A stretch of DNA of 64,000 bases, taken from Clostridia bacterium. GTDB lineage: Bacteria; Bacillota; Clostridia; Oscillospirales; CAG-272. Positions 1 to 9,039 of this stretch are shown here, one piece after another. The notes below the pieces were generated by a model. The model did not search any database. It was not told the DNA's origin and saw only the letters and a program-made list of their open reading frames with translations. The translations under genes and the position numbers were made by a program. Where the stretch lies: positions 3,648 through 67,647 of the forward strand of contig JAFXAN010000112.1 in NCBI GenBank assembly GCA_017517035.1. Reading direction: 5' to 3'. Numbering within the stretch: the first letter of the stretch is position 1; each line of letters opens with the position of its first letter.

Positions 1-47
1 AAATTATTTCCTAAAAACTCAATACCAATACCGACTGTGCAAATCAC

Positions 48-76
48 TTGACTTTTCCGCTCTTTTATGGTACAAT
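48..76 (+). promoter_or_regulatory. sigma-70/sigA-type promoter for the recombinase gene
   Basis: TTGACT (48-53), 17-nt spacer, then TACAAT (71-76) preceded by TG (extended -10). RBS AAGGAGGTG lies at 92-100, before the ATG at 111. Confidence 0.5.
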
Positions 77-110
77 GTTATCAAGAGATACAAGGAGGTG
101 GATTTGCAAT

Positions 111-2327
111 ATGGTAAATAATGTCGCAGACTCCGAATTTGTGGGGGAAATCTTCGGTTATACTCGAATTTCGGTGGATATCGAGAGAGAAGAAGACGTC
201 AATACGAGCATTGAAAATCAGATAAGCGTTATAACAGATTTTGTTTCCAAAAATTTTCCCAAGTGCAGCCTGAAGATATACAAGGACAGAGATCGCTCGG
301 GATATACCTTTGAACAGCGTGAAGAATATCAAAAAATGCGGGGAGATTTACTTGACGGCAAGTCTAAAATCCTCATTGTAAAAGACCTTTCGAGATTTGC
401 AAGGCGAACAAGCTATGGCCTCGGCGAGTTTGAACGCTTGATAGACTCGGGCGTAAGAATTATTTCCATTATGGACAACGTAGACTATCCCACCAAGCCC
501 AACGATTGGCTCTTGATCCAGTTCCACTTTATGTACAACGAAATGCCGGTCACGGAAACCTCGCGAAAGGTGAAAATTGTCGTTTCTGACCGCCAAAAGA
601 AGGGCGACTGGATATGTGCCGCCCCATACGGTTACGTCCTGTCAGAGAAGAAAAATAAGCGGTTTGACGTGGTTCCCGACGAGGCGCAGATCATAAACGA
701 GATATTCAAGCTATATAATGACGGTTGGGGATACAAAAAAATAGCCAATTACTTGACCGACAAGCATATCCCTACCCCGAGGGCAAAAGAAAAAGAACGA
801 GCAGAAGAGGAAGGCGCAACGTATTCAAGAAAATACAACAGCGCCTGGAGTACTGCCACGATCCAGGGGATTTTGCAGAACGATTTTTACATCGGCACTC
901 TGCGTCAACACAAATATACAAGGAAGAAGATAAACGGAAAGGAAATAAAGGTCCCCGAGGAAGATATCTTTGTGTTTGAAAAAAATCACGAAGCCATAAT
1001 CGACGACAAAACCTTTCTATATGCAAAAGAGAACCTCAGACAGCGCTCCAGGGCAAATTACCGAGGCATAAAAAAATATGACACGGCATTTTCGGGATTT
1101 CTTTTTTGCGGGGATTGCGGCAGTCCGATGTTTTCCATGAGTCGCAGCGATCTTCCCCCAGCTTACAGGTGTAGCACCTATCACAAAAGAGGCACGAAGG
1201 GTTGCGAATCGCACCACACCAGAGTGGATTTTCTGAGCGGAGTTTTGAAGGATTATATCCTAATGATAAAGCAGAATTCCGAGAAAATGATTGCAGAGCT
1301 TGAAAGCTCTATAGCCGGTGAAAAAAAGGTGGTCCGTGACAGCGACAAGCTCGTAAAGCAGCTTGAAAATTCCCTTTATCGGGCAAAGGAAGAGCTGAAG
1401 CAGACCACGAAGCAAAGAATAAGCGATATCACAAAAAATCCCGATGACGCGGATATTATCACGGAAACGTATGAAGCGATCGAGACCGAACTGAAAAACA
1501 AGATACGCGGGCTCACGGAACAGATAAAATCCGCGGCTGACGAGAGAAACAATATCGTTGAGATCAACCGCGTTGCAAAAACTGTTTTTGACGTTTTTGA
1601 CAGTATTTTGGAAAAAGATAAGCTGTGCAAGATGGATATCGGTCTGATAGTCGAAAAGATAATGGTCTATAACGGTGATGTGATAGACATTAAGCTAAAA
1701 CCCGACATTGAACAGCTGTTAAATGTTGGAACATTGCCTACAAGCGAGGAAGCTGCAAATTTTAATTTTGACAGTATAGGTAGCTCATTCGGTACGAAGT
1801 ATACCCATAAGTCGGTAAATCAACCGGCTAAGGCTTATACTGTCAATGTTATATGTGAGGGCGACCCTCTCGAGATATACACGGACAGGGAAGGGGAAGT
1901 GATCTTTAAAAAGTATTCACCAATTGGTGAGCTTGCGTCATTTGCTGCTCAATATGCTGAAACGCTTTATAAGACCTGCTCTCTTTCTGTTGTTATTTGT
2001 GACAGGGATGCTGTTATTGCCTCGGCGGGCGTGCCAAAAAAGGAATATGCCGATCACAGGTTATCATCCGAGCTTGAGGGCATCATTGAGGGCAGAAATC
2101 TCTATGTTTGGCATGACGGCAATGAAAAAATTCCCGTTACAGCTGATGGAAGTGCGCATTTTGTGAGCTGTGCAATGCCCATTATGAGTGAAGGGGATAT
2201 TATTGGCTGTGTTGCCTCCCTTTGCCCCATGAACGGCGAAAGAGGCACGGAGCAGACAGCGAGTGACATTGAAAGCAAGCTTGTTCTCACTGCTGCGGGA
2301 TTTCTCGGCAAACAGCTTGAAGGTTAA
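111..2327 (+). CDS. Large serine recombinase whose reading frame continues into the 3' part of spoVT, forming a chimeric ORF across an element/host junction
   Basis: N-terminal resolvase domain (GYTRISV...SIENQ catalytic Ser region, LSRFARR), recombinase domain and a Cys-rich zinc ribbon (FCGDCGSPM...YRCSTY..GCESHH), then a long coiled-coil. There is no stop codon before SpoVT-like sequence begins at nt 1857. I trimmed the start from the ORF-track position 48 to the ATG at 111, which has a strong RBS. Confidence 0.85.
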   Translation: MVNNVADSEFVGEIFGYTRISVDIEREEDVNTSIENQISVITDFVSKNFPKCSLKIYKDRDRSGYTFEQREEYQKMRGDLLDGKSKILIVKDLSRFARRTSYGLGEFERLIDSGVRIISIMDNVDYPTKPNDWLLIQFHFMYNEMPVTETSRKVKIVVSDRQKKGDWICAAPYGYVLSEKKNKRFDVVPDEAQIINEIFKLYNDGWGYKKIANYLTDKHIPTPRAKEKERAEEEGATYSRKYNSAWSTATIQGILQNDFYIGTLRQHKYTRKKINGKEIKVPEEDIFVFEKNHEAIIDDKTFLYAKENLRQRSRANYRGIKKYDTAFSGFLFCGDCGSPMFSMSRSDLPPAYRCSTYHKRGTKGCESHHTRVDFLSGVLKDYILMIKQNSEKMIAELESSIAGEKKVVRDSDKLVKQLENSLYRAKEELKQTTKQRISDITKNPDDADIITETYEAIETELKNKIRGLTEQIKSAADERNNIVEINRVAKTVFDVFDSILEKDKLCKMDIGLIVEKIMVYNGDVIDIKLKPDIEQLLNVGTLPTSEEAANFNFDSIGSSFGTKYTHKSVNQPAKAYTVNVICEGDPLEIYTDREGEVIFKKYSPIGELASFAAQYAETLYKTCSLSVVICDRDAVIASAGVPKKEYADHRLSSELEGIIEGRNLYVWHDGNEKIPVTADGSAHFVSCAMPIMSEGDIIGCVASLCPMNGERGTEQTASDIESKLVLTAAGFLGKQLEG
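1857..2327 (+). pseudogene. spoVT: spoVT fragment lacking about 29 N-terminal codons (most of the AbrB-type DNA-binding domain)
   Basis: EGDPLEIYTDREGEVIFKKYSPIGELASFAAQYAETLY...VICDRDAVIASAG...TAAGFLGKQLEG aligns from about residue 30 to the C-terminus of Bacillus subtilis SpoVT as I recall it (REGDPLEIFVDRDGEVILKKYSPISELGDFAKEYADALY...LICDRD...TAAGFLARQMEQ). No SpoVT-like N-terminus or own start codon is present. Confidence 0.8.
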
Positions 2328-2335
2328 TTATTTAT

Positions 2336-2376
2336 AAAAAGCAGAAGCAAATGTGAAGTTTGCTTCTGCTTTTTTA
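2336..2376 (+). terminator. rho-independent terminator after spoVT
   Basis: GCAGAAGCAAA...TTTGCTTCTGC stem followed by a T-run. Confidence 0.8.
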
Positions 2377-2447
2377 CGAATGAAAAGGCTGTAAACAAAC
2401 ATATTTTTTCTGCATATTCTGTACCGAATAATATTTTGGAGGGACAT

Positions 2448-3476
2448 ATGGAAGAGAAATATTTTGCTGCATCAAATTCCGGAAAGGGTTTTGTAAGTTA
2501 TTTTGGGGAGATATTTGACCCTGAGTGCCTTGAGCATATTTACATAATAAAAGGCGGTCCGGGAACGGGAAAGAGCTATTTTATGAGGATGATTGCAACG
2601 GAAGCAGAGAAAAAAGGAAAAAATGTGGTATATTATTACTGTTCATCCGATCAAAGCTCACTTGACGGAATAATTATCGACGAAAAAATTGCGTTTCTTG
2701 ACGGTACAGCTCCCCATGACACGGATGCCACAATACCGGGAGCAGTGGAGGATCTTATTGACCTTGGTGTTTTTTGGAGTTCGGAGCAGCTTTCTTTGCT
2801 GAGAAAAGATATTGAAAAGTTGAACTGTGAAAAAAAAAGGCATTATAAGCGTGCTTATTCATATCTTGCCGCATATCACGATATAAGCGAGGGTGCTGTG
2901 AAGATCATCGAGCCTTTGATAGACAGGGAAAAAATCAAAAAAAGTATCAGAGTACTGCTTAAGGATGTTTCAAGAGGCAAAGGATACAGTCAAAGGACAG
3001 CGATCTGTGATTCAGTGGGGATGGGAGGCAGGATTCGCTTTGACACCCTTGAGAAAAAGGCAGAAAAAATACTCCGCATAAGCGATCTTTTTGACACTGC
3101 GCATTTTTATCTTGCGGAGGTGGCAAATTTCGCCTTTGAAAAGGATATGGCGATCACTCTCTCATATGATCCGATCAATTCCGAAAGACTTGATTCTGTA
3201 TATTTTGATAACGAAAAAATTCTTTTCACAGCTTGCGGAGAAGAAGAAAAAGACATCAATATGTCACGATTTATTGATAAAAAAGGACTTTCGGAGAGCA
3301 GAACTGCACTGAAAAATGCAATGAAATTGCGTTCTATAATGCTTGATGAGGCAATTCTTGCTCTTGAGGATGTCAAAAAAAGCCATTTTGCTATTGAAAA
3401 AATATATATTGGAGCTATGGATTTTGAAGCGAAAGAAAAATTCACTCATGATTTTATAAGCAGACTTGAACTTTGA
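2448..3476 (+). CDS. P-loop NTPase of unknown function
   Basis: Walker A motif GGPGTGKS near the N-terminus. ATG at 2448 follows RBS GGAGGG. No further family assignment is possible by eye. Confidence 0.7.
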   Translation: MEEKYFAASNSGKGFVSYFGEIFDPECLEHIYIIKGGPGTGKSYFMRMIATEAEKKGKNVVYYYCSSDQSSLDGIIIDEKIAFLDGTAPHDTDATIPGAVEDLIDLGVFWSSEQLSLLRKDIEKLNCEKKRHYKRAYSYLAAYHDISEGAVKIIEPLIDREKIKKSIRVLLKDVSRGKGYSQRTAICDSVGMGGRIRFDTLEKKAEKILRISDLFDTAHFYLAEVANFAFEKDMAITLSYDPINSERLDSVYFDNEKILFTACGEEEKDINMSRFIDKKGLSESRTALKNAMKLRSIMLDEAILALEDVKKSHFAIEKIYIGAMDFEAKEKFTHDFISRLEL

Positions 3477-3527
3477 GGAGTCTTATGATATAATAAGTAA
3501 AGATTATTTTGGGTAAAGGAAGTTGAA

Positions 3528-4967
3528 ATGAAAGTTGTACTTTTCGCCCTTTGCGGCTCGTATTCACATACTGCGCTTTCGGTCAGATGCTTGCGCCCTG
3601 CGCTTCTTTCGGAGGGCTATGATGTTGTTATAATTGAAGGAAATCTCCGTGACCGTTCATCGTCGCTTCTTCATTCTCTTTATTCACAGAAAGCAGATGT
3701 TTATGGATTTTCTTGCTATATTTGGAATATTGATGAGATGCTCACTCTTGCAAAGGATCTGCGTTCATTGCTTCCCGAATGCAAGATAGTTTTTGGGGGA
3801 CCGGAGGCTTCCTATGGTAATGAAAGATTTGCCGAGCTTGATTTTGTGGATTCGGTTGTTTGCGGAGCGGGAGAAAAGATTTTTTCTGAGATTTGTCGAG
3901 ATGTGGCAGCAAAAAAGCCTCTTGAAAAAGTTTACAGGGCTGAAAAGGTTGGGATCACAGATGGAATATTATATGAAGAGCGAGAGCTTATGGGAAAAGG
4001 GAAGAGCATTCTTTATTATGAATCTTCAAGAGGATGCCCTTTTTCCTGTGCTTACTGCCTTTCCTCTGCCGAATGCGGCGTTACTGCCAAGAGCGCAGAA
4101 CAGACACTCTCGGAGCTTCTGGATTTTGAGAAGCTTGGTGAAGATTACAAGATCATAAAATTTATCGACAGAACATTTAACTTTGATATTTCGAGAGCCA
4201 ATGACATCTGGCGCAGTCTTCTTGACGAAAAATATACGAAGAAATATCATTTTGAGGTTTGTGCATCACTTCTGAATGATGAAAGCTTCAACATTTTCAG
4301 AGAAATGCCCGAAGGAAAAATTCAGCTTGAGGTGGGATTACAGAGCACAAACGAAAGGACTCTTTCCGAGATCGCAAGACATCTTGATGTGAACAAAACC
4401 CTTGAAAACTGCCGTCGGATAAAGGATATGGGGAATATTCATCTTCATCTTGATCTCATAGCAGGTCTGCCATATGAGGATATGGAAAGCTTCAGGCGCT
4501 CGTTCGATGCGGCATATCCTGCTTGCCACAAGCTTCAGCTTGGATTTTTGAAGCTTCTTCACGGTACAGCACTTCGCAAGAACTTTGAAAAATACGGCTA
4601 TAAATTTCTTTCCGGAGCACCTTATACCGTGCTTTGCAATGATCATATAACCTATGATGAAATGCACTCTCTTGAAAAAATATCTTATCTTCTTGAGCGA
4701 TATCATGAGAGCGGAAATTTTGATAAATGTCTTGATTTTGTGATGGAGAAAACAAGCTCTCCCTTTGATTTTTATATGGGACTTTCTCACTTTATTGAGA
4801 AAAATGACGGTAGAGAGATTCAGAAGATATCACAATCCGATGCGTTTTCATTGCTTTATCGCTATGCTTTAGGACTACTTTGCGAGACGGATGCTGAACA
4901 TTTTTCTGTTCTTATGCACGAGGATTTTGCCGCCCGTGAGGTGCGAAAAATGCCGAGACTCAAATAG
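3528..4967 (+). CDS. B12-binding-domain radical SAM protein
   Basis: N-terminal B12-binding-like Rossmann region followed by the radical SAM motif CPFSCAYC (CxxxCxxC). Confidence 0.8.
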   Translation: MKVVLFALCGSYSHTALSVRCLRPALLSEGYDVVIIEGNLRDRSSSLLHSLYSQKADVYGFSCYIWNIDEMLTLAKDLRSLLPECKIVFGGPEASYGNERFAELDFVDSVVCGAGEKIFSEICRDVAAKKPLEKVYRAEKVGITDGILYEERELMGKGKSILYYESSRGCPFSCAYCLSSAECGVTAKSAEQTLSELLDFEKLGEDYKIIKFIDRTFNFDISRANDIWRSLLDEKYTKKYHFEVCASLLNDESFNIFREMPEGKIQLEVGLQSTNERTLSEIARHLDVNKTLENCRRIKDMGNIHLHLDLIAGLPYEDMESFRRSFDAAYPACHKLQLGFLKLLHGTALRKNFEKYGYKFLSGAPYTVLCNDHITYDEMHSLEKISYLLERYHESGNFDKCLDFVMEKTSSPFDFYMGLSHFIEKNDGREIQKISQSDAFSLLYRYALGLLCETDAEHFSVLMHEDFAAREVRKMPRLK

Positions 4968-4995
4968 AAAAGGGCTGATTTTTCAGCCCTTTTCT
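4968..4995 (+). terminator. rho-independent terminator hairpin, repeat copy 1 of 3
   Basis: AAAGGGCTGATTTTTCAGCCCTTTTC. The identical hairpin recurs at 26884 and 43413. Confidence 0.8.
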
Positions 4996-5022
4996 TTATG
5001 AATACTTGTTTTTTTCTTTTTT

Positions 5023-5323
5023 AAACAGTAATTTATCGAACTGTTGAAAAGGTAAATAGACGGTGATGAGGACACAGTTAGCCTCCACTGATTTTGAGAA
5101 GCAAAATTAGGGGAGGTGGATTTTGCCGTAAGGCAAAAGACGGAAGGGTCTTATGTGGTGCAAAGTAGCTTTTTTGTTTTATAAAGTTACTTTGCAAGCT
5201 ACACCCTTCAGTCACGGCGAATAGTATCTATTTTTCTACGGCAAGTTATTTCGCCGTGCCAGCTCCCCTATTAAAAACAGGGGAGCCTTATTTTACCGAT
5301 CAATTTCACTTGTATTTAAATTC
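5023..5323. repeat. Structured repeat module of about 300 nt (module S), copy 1, starting with the family TIR
   Basis: Near-identical second copy at 26939-27239 (a handful of substitutions by eye). Contains several nested hairpins. Confidence 0.85.
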
Positions 5324-5489
5324 AAACAGTAATTTATCGGTGAGTGAAAACGAAATTTGTAGGGGCGATCATTGATCGCCCGAAAAAACAAACGGCGTAA
5401 AATAACGATATTTTGAGCTGTTTATGAGACGGGCGATCAATGATCGCCCCTACGGATTAAGGCTTCGACAGTTCGCTAAATTACTGTTT
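5324..5489. mobile_element. MITE-like element with a REPIN-like palindrome doublet (arms a and c, core GGGGCGATCATTGATCGCCC)
   Basis: TIRs AAACAGTAATTTATCG / CGCTAAATTACTGTTT. Two inverted GTAG-headed palindromes flank a 49-nt spacer. Related copies lie at 18260, 27240 and 37051. Confidence 0.8.
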
Positions 5490-5561
5490 ATATGAAGCCT
5501 AAGCAAAGCAAATTGGTATCAAAAAACAAGGCTGAGTCAATAATGACGCAGCCTTGCTAGC

Positions 5562-6581
5562 TTAATTCTTCTTTTTGACGAAGGCAACTGCAACAATGAT
5601 CGCTATAATTACAACAGCAACAACGGGTATGATCCAAATGGGGAATGAGCCGCCTTTGTCTTCTACGGGTTCTACCGTATTAGTTTCATTCTCTTTTTCA
5701 TCGGTTTCGACAGGAGTTGTTTCGTCTGCCTGAGTTTCGGGGAGTGCTTCAGTGTCTGCCGTTGTTTCTTCAGGCTCGGTCTCAACTGCCTGATAACGGT
5801 CTGTCAGCTTCTGTGAAAAGAGCCATTCAACCCAGCCGTCTTCTGCCGCTGCTTTTTCCCAAATGCCGTGTCCTTCGCCTTCATAAACTACGAAGTTGAT
5901 AAGTCTTCCTGCCTCATCCTCAATGGCAGCAACCATTTCTTCTGTTCCCTCAAAAGGAACGGAGGCATCTGCTGTGCCGTGGAATGTATAGATAGGTGTT
6001 TCAACGAGCGAAGCTGCCTTTTCCGGGTCGCCTCCGCCGCACATAGGTGCAGCTGCTGCGAAAACATCATTATGGCGAATGATCAGATCCCATGTTCCAA
6101 ATCCGCCCATGGAAACTCCCATTGCGTAAATTCTTGCGGGATCAATGCTGTATTCTTCCTTAAGAGAAGATATCAGTTCCATAACTGTCATCAGCTCATC
6201 CGATTCGAGAACAAGGTCTGTGGAATAATTTCCGTCAGCCCAAGGGGTGTCAACCCATTGTTCTCCCTCGGGACACTGAGGTGCGATGACGATTGACTGC
6301 GCCATGAGGCCGTCTTCTCTGTCAAAAAGTGTCTGAACGGCATTTTTGAGCTGGAGATCGTTGTCATTGCCTCTTTCGCCTGCGCCGTGGAGAAATACAA
6401 CCAAGGGGTAATCGTTTCCTTCGTTATAATCCTCGGGAACATAGAGACGGTATGGCATAACAGCGCCATCAAGCGAAAATTCCTCAAAGGAAAATGCTTC
6501 TTCAACATTAAGTGCAAAGGCACCGATTGTGAATACAATGGCGAAAATAATAAGAGTGAATGTCAAACTGATTTTTTTCAT
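5562..6581 (-). CDS. Exported alpha/beta-hydrolase esterase with a C-terminal membrane anchor
   Basis: Signal-peptide-like N-terminus, then FLHGAGERGNDN and the nucleophile elbow GVSMGG. An acidic Thr/Glu-rich linker precedes a terminal TM helix plus KKKN. Start trimmed to MKKISL, which follows a GGAGG RBS. Confidence 0.75.
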   Translation of the reverse strand: MKKISLTFTLIIFAIVFTIGAFALNVEEAFSFEEFSLDGAVMPYRLYVPEDYNEGNDYPLVVFLHGAGERGNDNDLQLKNAVQTLFDREDGLMAQSIVIAPQCPEGEQWVDTPWADGNYSTDLVLESDELMTVMELISSLKEEYSIDPARIYAMGVSMGGFGTWDLIIRHNDVFAAAAPMCGGGDPEKAASLVETPIYTFHGTADASVPFEGTEEMVAAIEDEAGRLINFVVYEGEGHGIWEKAAAEDGWVEWLFSQKLTDRYQAVETEPEETTADTEALPETQADETTPVETDEKENETNTVEPVEDKGGSFPIWIIPVVAVVIIAIIVAVAFVKKKN

Positions 6582-6647
6582 GATAACCTCCAAAAATTTC
6601 ATATCCTAATTTTACCACAAAAATGACTTTTTGTCAATACAAACAAG

Positions 6648-6674
6648 AAAAAGGACTGCCGAAAGGCAGTCCTT
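6648..6674 (-). terminator. terminator downstream of rpsR
   Basis: AAGGACTGCC GAAA GGCAGTCCTT hairpin with a T-run on the minus strand. Confidence 0.75.
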
Positions 6675-6686
6675 GAATCTTTAAAA

Positions 6687-6947
6687 TTAGTCGGAAATGT
6701 AGGGCAGGAGAGCAACCTGACGCGCACGCTTAATAGCGGTTGTCAGCTCACGCTGATGCTTTGCACATGTTCCGGAGATTCTTCTGGGAAGAATCTTGCC
6801 GCGCTCGGAAATGAACTTTCTGAGCTTTGCGGAATCCTTATAGTCGATATAAGCAACCTTGTTCTCACAGAATACACAAACCTTTTTTCTCTTGCGGTTA
6901 TTCTTGTAAGCAGGGCGCTGAACTTCTCTCTCGACGTTGTTATCCAT
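6687..6947 (-). CDS. rpsR: 30S ribosomal protein S18
   Basis: KKVCVFC...IDYKD...[27 protein letters not shown] is characteristic S18 sequence. It sits in a conserved rpsF-ssb-rpsR arrangement. Confidence 0.95.
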   Translation of the reverse strand: MDNNVEREVQRPAYKNNRKRKKVCVFCENKVAYIDYKDSAKLRKFISERGKILPRRISGTCAKHQRELTTAIKRARQVALLPYISD

Positions 6948-6985
6948 CTTATGAAATCCTCCTGTTATAATTTTTGGTCTGCCTC

Positions 6986-7435
6986 TCAGAAGGGCAGGTC
7001 ATCGTCGCCCTTGATCTCCTCAAATTTCGGAGCATCTGCTGCCGAACCTGAGAAAGCGGGCTCGTAGGAATCGGGCGTGTACTGACCGCCTGCAGGATTT
7101 TCGCTTCTGGAATCAACAAAGTTTACTTCCTCTGCAACAATATCGGTAGCATAGCGCTTGTTTCCTTCGTTATCTGTCCATGAGCGGTTCTGAATTGTTC
7201 CAACAACAAAGATCGAGGAACCCTTCTTGAAGAACTTGCTGACAAAATCAGCAGTTGCACGCCATGCGACAACATTAAAGAAATCTACCTGCTGCTGCGC
7301 TGAATCCTTGCTATAACGGCGATTTACCGCAATGGAAAATCTCGTCATAGAAACGCCTGTTTCTGTCTGTCTGTTTTCGGGATCTGCGGTGAGTCTTCCG
7401 CCGAGCATAACTCGATTAAAATTGAAATTAGCCAT
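6986..7435 (-). CDS. ssb: single-stranded DNA-binding protein
   Basis: OB-fold N-terminus ([14 protein letters not shown]), Gly/Pro-rich tail and the acidic C-terminal tip DDDLPF. Confidence 0.95.
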   Translation of the reverse strand: MANFNFNRVMLGGRLTADPENRQTETGVSMTRFSIAVNRRYSKDSAQQQVDFFNVVAWRATADFVSKFFKKGSSIFVVGTIQNRSWTDNEGNKRYATDIVAEEVNFVDSRSENPAGGQYTPDSYEPAFSGSAADAPKFEEIKGDDDLPF

Positions 7436-7477
7436 TATAACGCCTCCTACAGAACAAATTCTTTAGATTTTTTGAGA

Positions 7478-7852
7478 TCACTCAGCGTCAGCTGCGGTCT
7501 CTTCTTCGTTTGCTGCTTCTTCAGCGGCTACTGCTGCTTCCTTTGCTGCAACCTTCTTGGGGTCGATCTTTACGATGACGGAACGCATAATGTTTTCGTC
7601 GATGTTGAAGATACGATCAAGCTCTGCAGGGAAATCAGCCTCACTCTTGAAGTTTACAACAACATAGTAGCCTTCCGGAATATCATTGATCGGGTAAGCG
7701 AGTCTGCGTTTGCCCCACTCGTTTACGGATTCAACGGTACCGTTCTCTGCTACAAGTCCTGTGAACTTGTCCACTGTTGCCTTAACAGCTTCTTCGCCGT
7801 TCTCGCAATTTACGATGAACAGTGTTTCATAAGAATTGATTACCTTATCCAT
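7478..7852 (-). CDS. rpsF: 30S ribosomal protein S6
   Basis: YETLFIV... plus WGKRRLAYPI motif, an acidic tail, and first position in the rpsF-ssb-rpsR operon. Confidence 0.93.
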   Translation of the reverse strand: MDKVINSYETLFIVNCENGEEAVKATVDKFTGLVAENGTVESVNEWGKRRLAYPINDIPEGYYVVVNFKSEADFPAELDRIFNIDENIMRSVIVKIDPKKVAAKEAAVAAEEAANEEETAADAE

Positions 7853-8051
7853 TTTTACACCTCCCTATGGACTTTTGACCGTGAAAACACAAATTTTTTC
7901 ACAGTAAGGAGACAGGACAGAAAATTTGCCCTGTTTCGAATCAATATTATAACATAGAAATATTCATTTGTCAAGCAATTTTTTCATTTTCCTATTGAAT
8001 TTTTGCGAAAAATGCTGTAAAATTATAGAAAAACCGGTTTTGGAGAGATTT

Positions 8052-8921
8052 ATGGCAAGAAAACGCAGTAAAAGTTTGAAGATTGAGCTTATTATATTAG
8101 CAATTTTTGTAATAATTGCCGGCTATAATTACTATCAGAAGATGAAGTCGGCGGAGCTTGTTGATGACACTGTTGAGCTTCATATAATTGATGTTGGACA
8201 GGGAGACAGCGTACTGATAAAGACAAAGGCGGGTAATATTCTGATAGATGCGGGAACAGGTGAGAGCGAGGAAGCTCTTTCACATTATCTTTATTCTGTA
8301 GGCGTTGACAGCTTTGAATATTGCATATTTACCCATCCTCATGAGGATCATATCGGCGGAGCGGACATGATCATGGAGAATTATGATGTGAGAAATGTAA
8401 TAATTTCGCCTGCCGTTACCGATACTGTCACATTTGAAAGACTTATTGATGCGCTTGAAAGAAGCGATGCGAATATTATTGAAGCCGTGCCCGATTCAAA
8501 ATATTCGGTGGGTGATGTTGAGATAATGATAATGGGGCCTATTGAGCTTGAAGACAGAGATCTCAATAACTCAAGTGTTATAACGAGGGTAAGTTATGGT
8601 GCTGTGAGGATGATGTTTACGGGAGATGCGGAGAAAAAACAGGAAAATGATATTCTCCATAGATATTCTGTTTTCGACCTTGATTGTGATTTTCTGAAAA
8701 TGGGACACCACGGCTCATCAACATCAAGTTCGGAGGATTTTGTTTTTGCTGTTTCACCATATCTTGCGGCGATCTCCTGCGGAATGGATAATGAATACGG
8801 TCATCCTCACAGCGAGATATTATCGCTTCTTGAGCGAGAAGAAATTGAGTATCACAGAACCGATTTGATGGGCGATATTGTCTATGTTTGTGACGGTAAG
8901 AATTTAGAGCTTAAAAATTGA
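8052..8921 (+). CDS. ComEC/Rec2-related metallo-beta-lactamase-fold hydrolase with an N-terminal TM anchor
   Basis: HIIDVGQGDSVLI and HPHEDHIGG (HxHxDH) motifs, plus GHHGS. ATG at 8052 follows GGAGAG; the ORF-track 5' extension was discarded. Confidence 0.8.
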   Translation: MARKRSKSLKIELIILAIFVIIAGYNYYQKMKSAELVDDTVELHIIDVGQGDSVLIKTKAGNILIDAGTGESEEALSHYLYSVGVDSFEYCIFTHPHEDHIGGADMIMENYDVRNVIISPAVTDTVTFERLIDALERSDANIIEAVPDSKYSVGDVEIMIMGPIELEDRDLNNSSVITRVSYGAVRMMFTGDAEKKQENDILHRYSVFDLDCDFLKMGHHGSSTSSSEDFVFAVSPYLAAISCGMDNEYGHPHSEILSLLEREEIEYHRTDLMGDIVYVCDGKNLELKN

Positions 8922-8966
8922 TTTGAAAGTCGGAAAAAAATCAGTGAAAAATAGGTAAGAATTTCC

Positions 8967-8995
8967 TTGACATCGGTTTGTTTCGATGATATAAT
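8967..8995 (+). promoter_or_regulatory. sigA-type promoter upstream of the aldose epimerase / glycoside hydrolase genes
   Basis: TTGACA (8967-8972), 17 nt, TATAAT (8990-8995) with an upstream TG. Confidence 0.55.
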
Positions 8996-9039
8996 CGTGT
9001 CAAACAGTAATATTATAATGTTTTAACGGGTACAAAAGT

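Noticed and set aside
48-110. N-terminal extension of the recombinase ORF (MTFPLFYGTMLSRDTRRWICN) in the ORF track
   Set aside because: This stretch contains the predicted promoter and the AAGGAGGTG RBS. The ATG at 111 is the plausible start.
5150-5221. 23-codon ORF inside the structured module (MWCKVAFLFYKVTLQATPFSHGE; the second copy reads MGCKVAFLFYKVTLQAKPFSHGE), considered as a possible small toxin-like peptide
   Set aside because: The RBS is weak. Of the three differences between the copies, two are non-synonymous. The hydrophobic stretch is too short for a TM helix. The region is better explained by RNA or DNA hairpins. It is kept only as a note under the structured-module finding.
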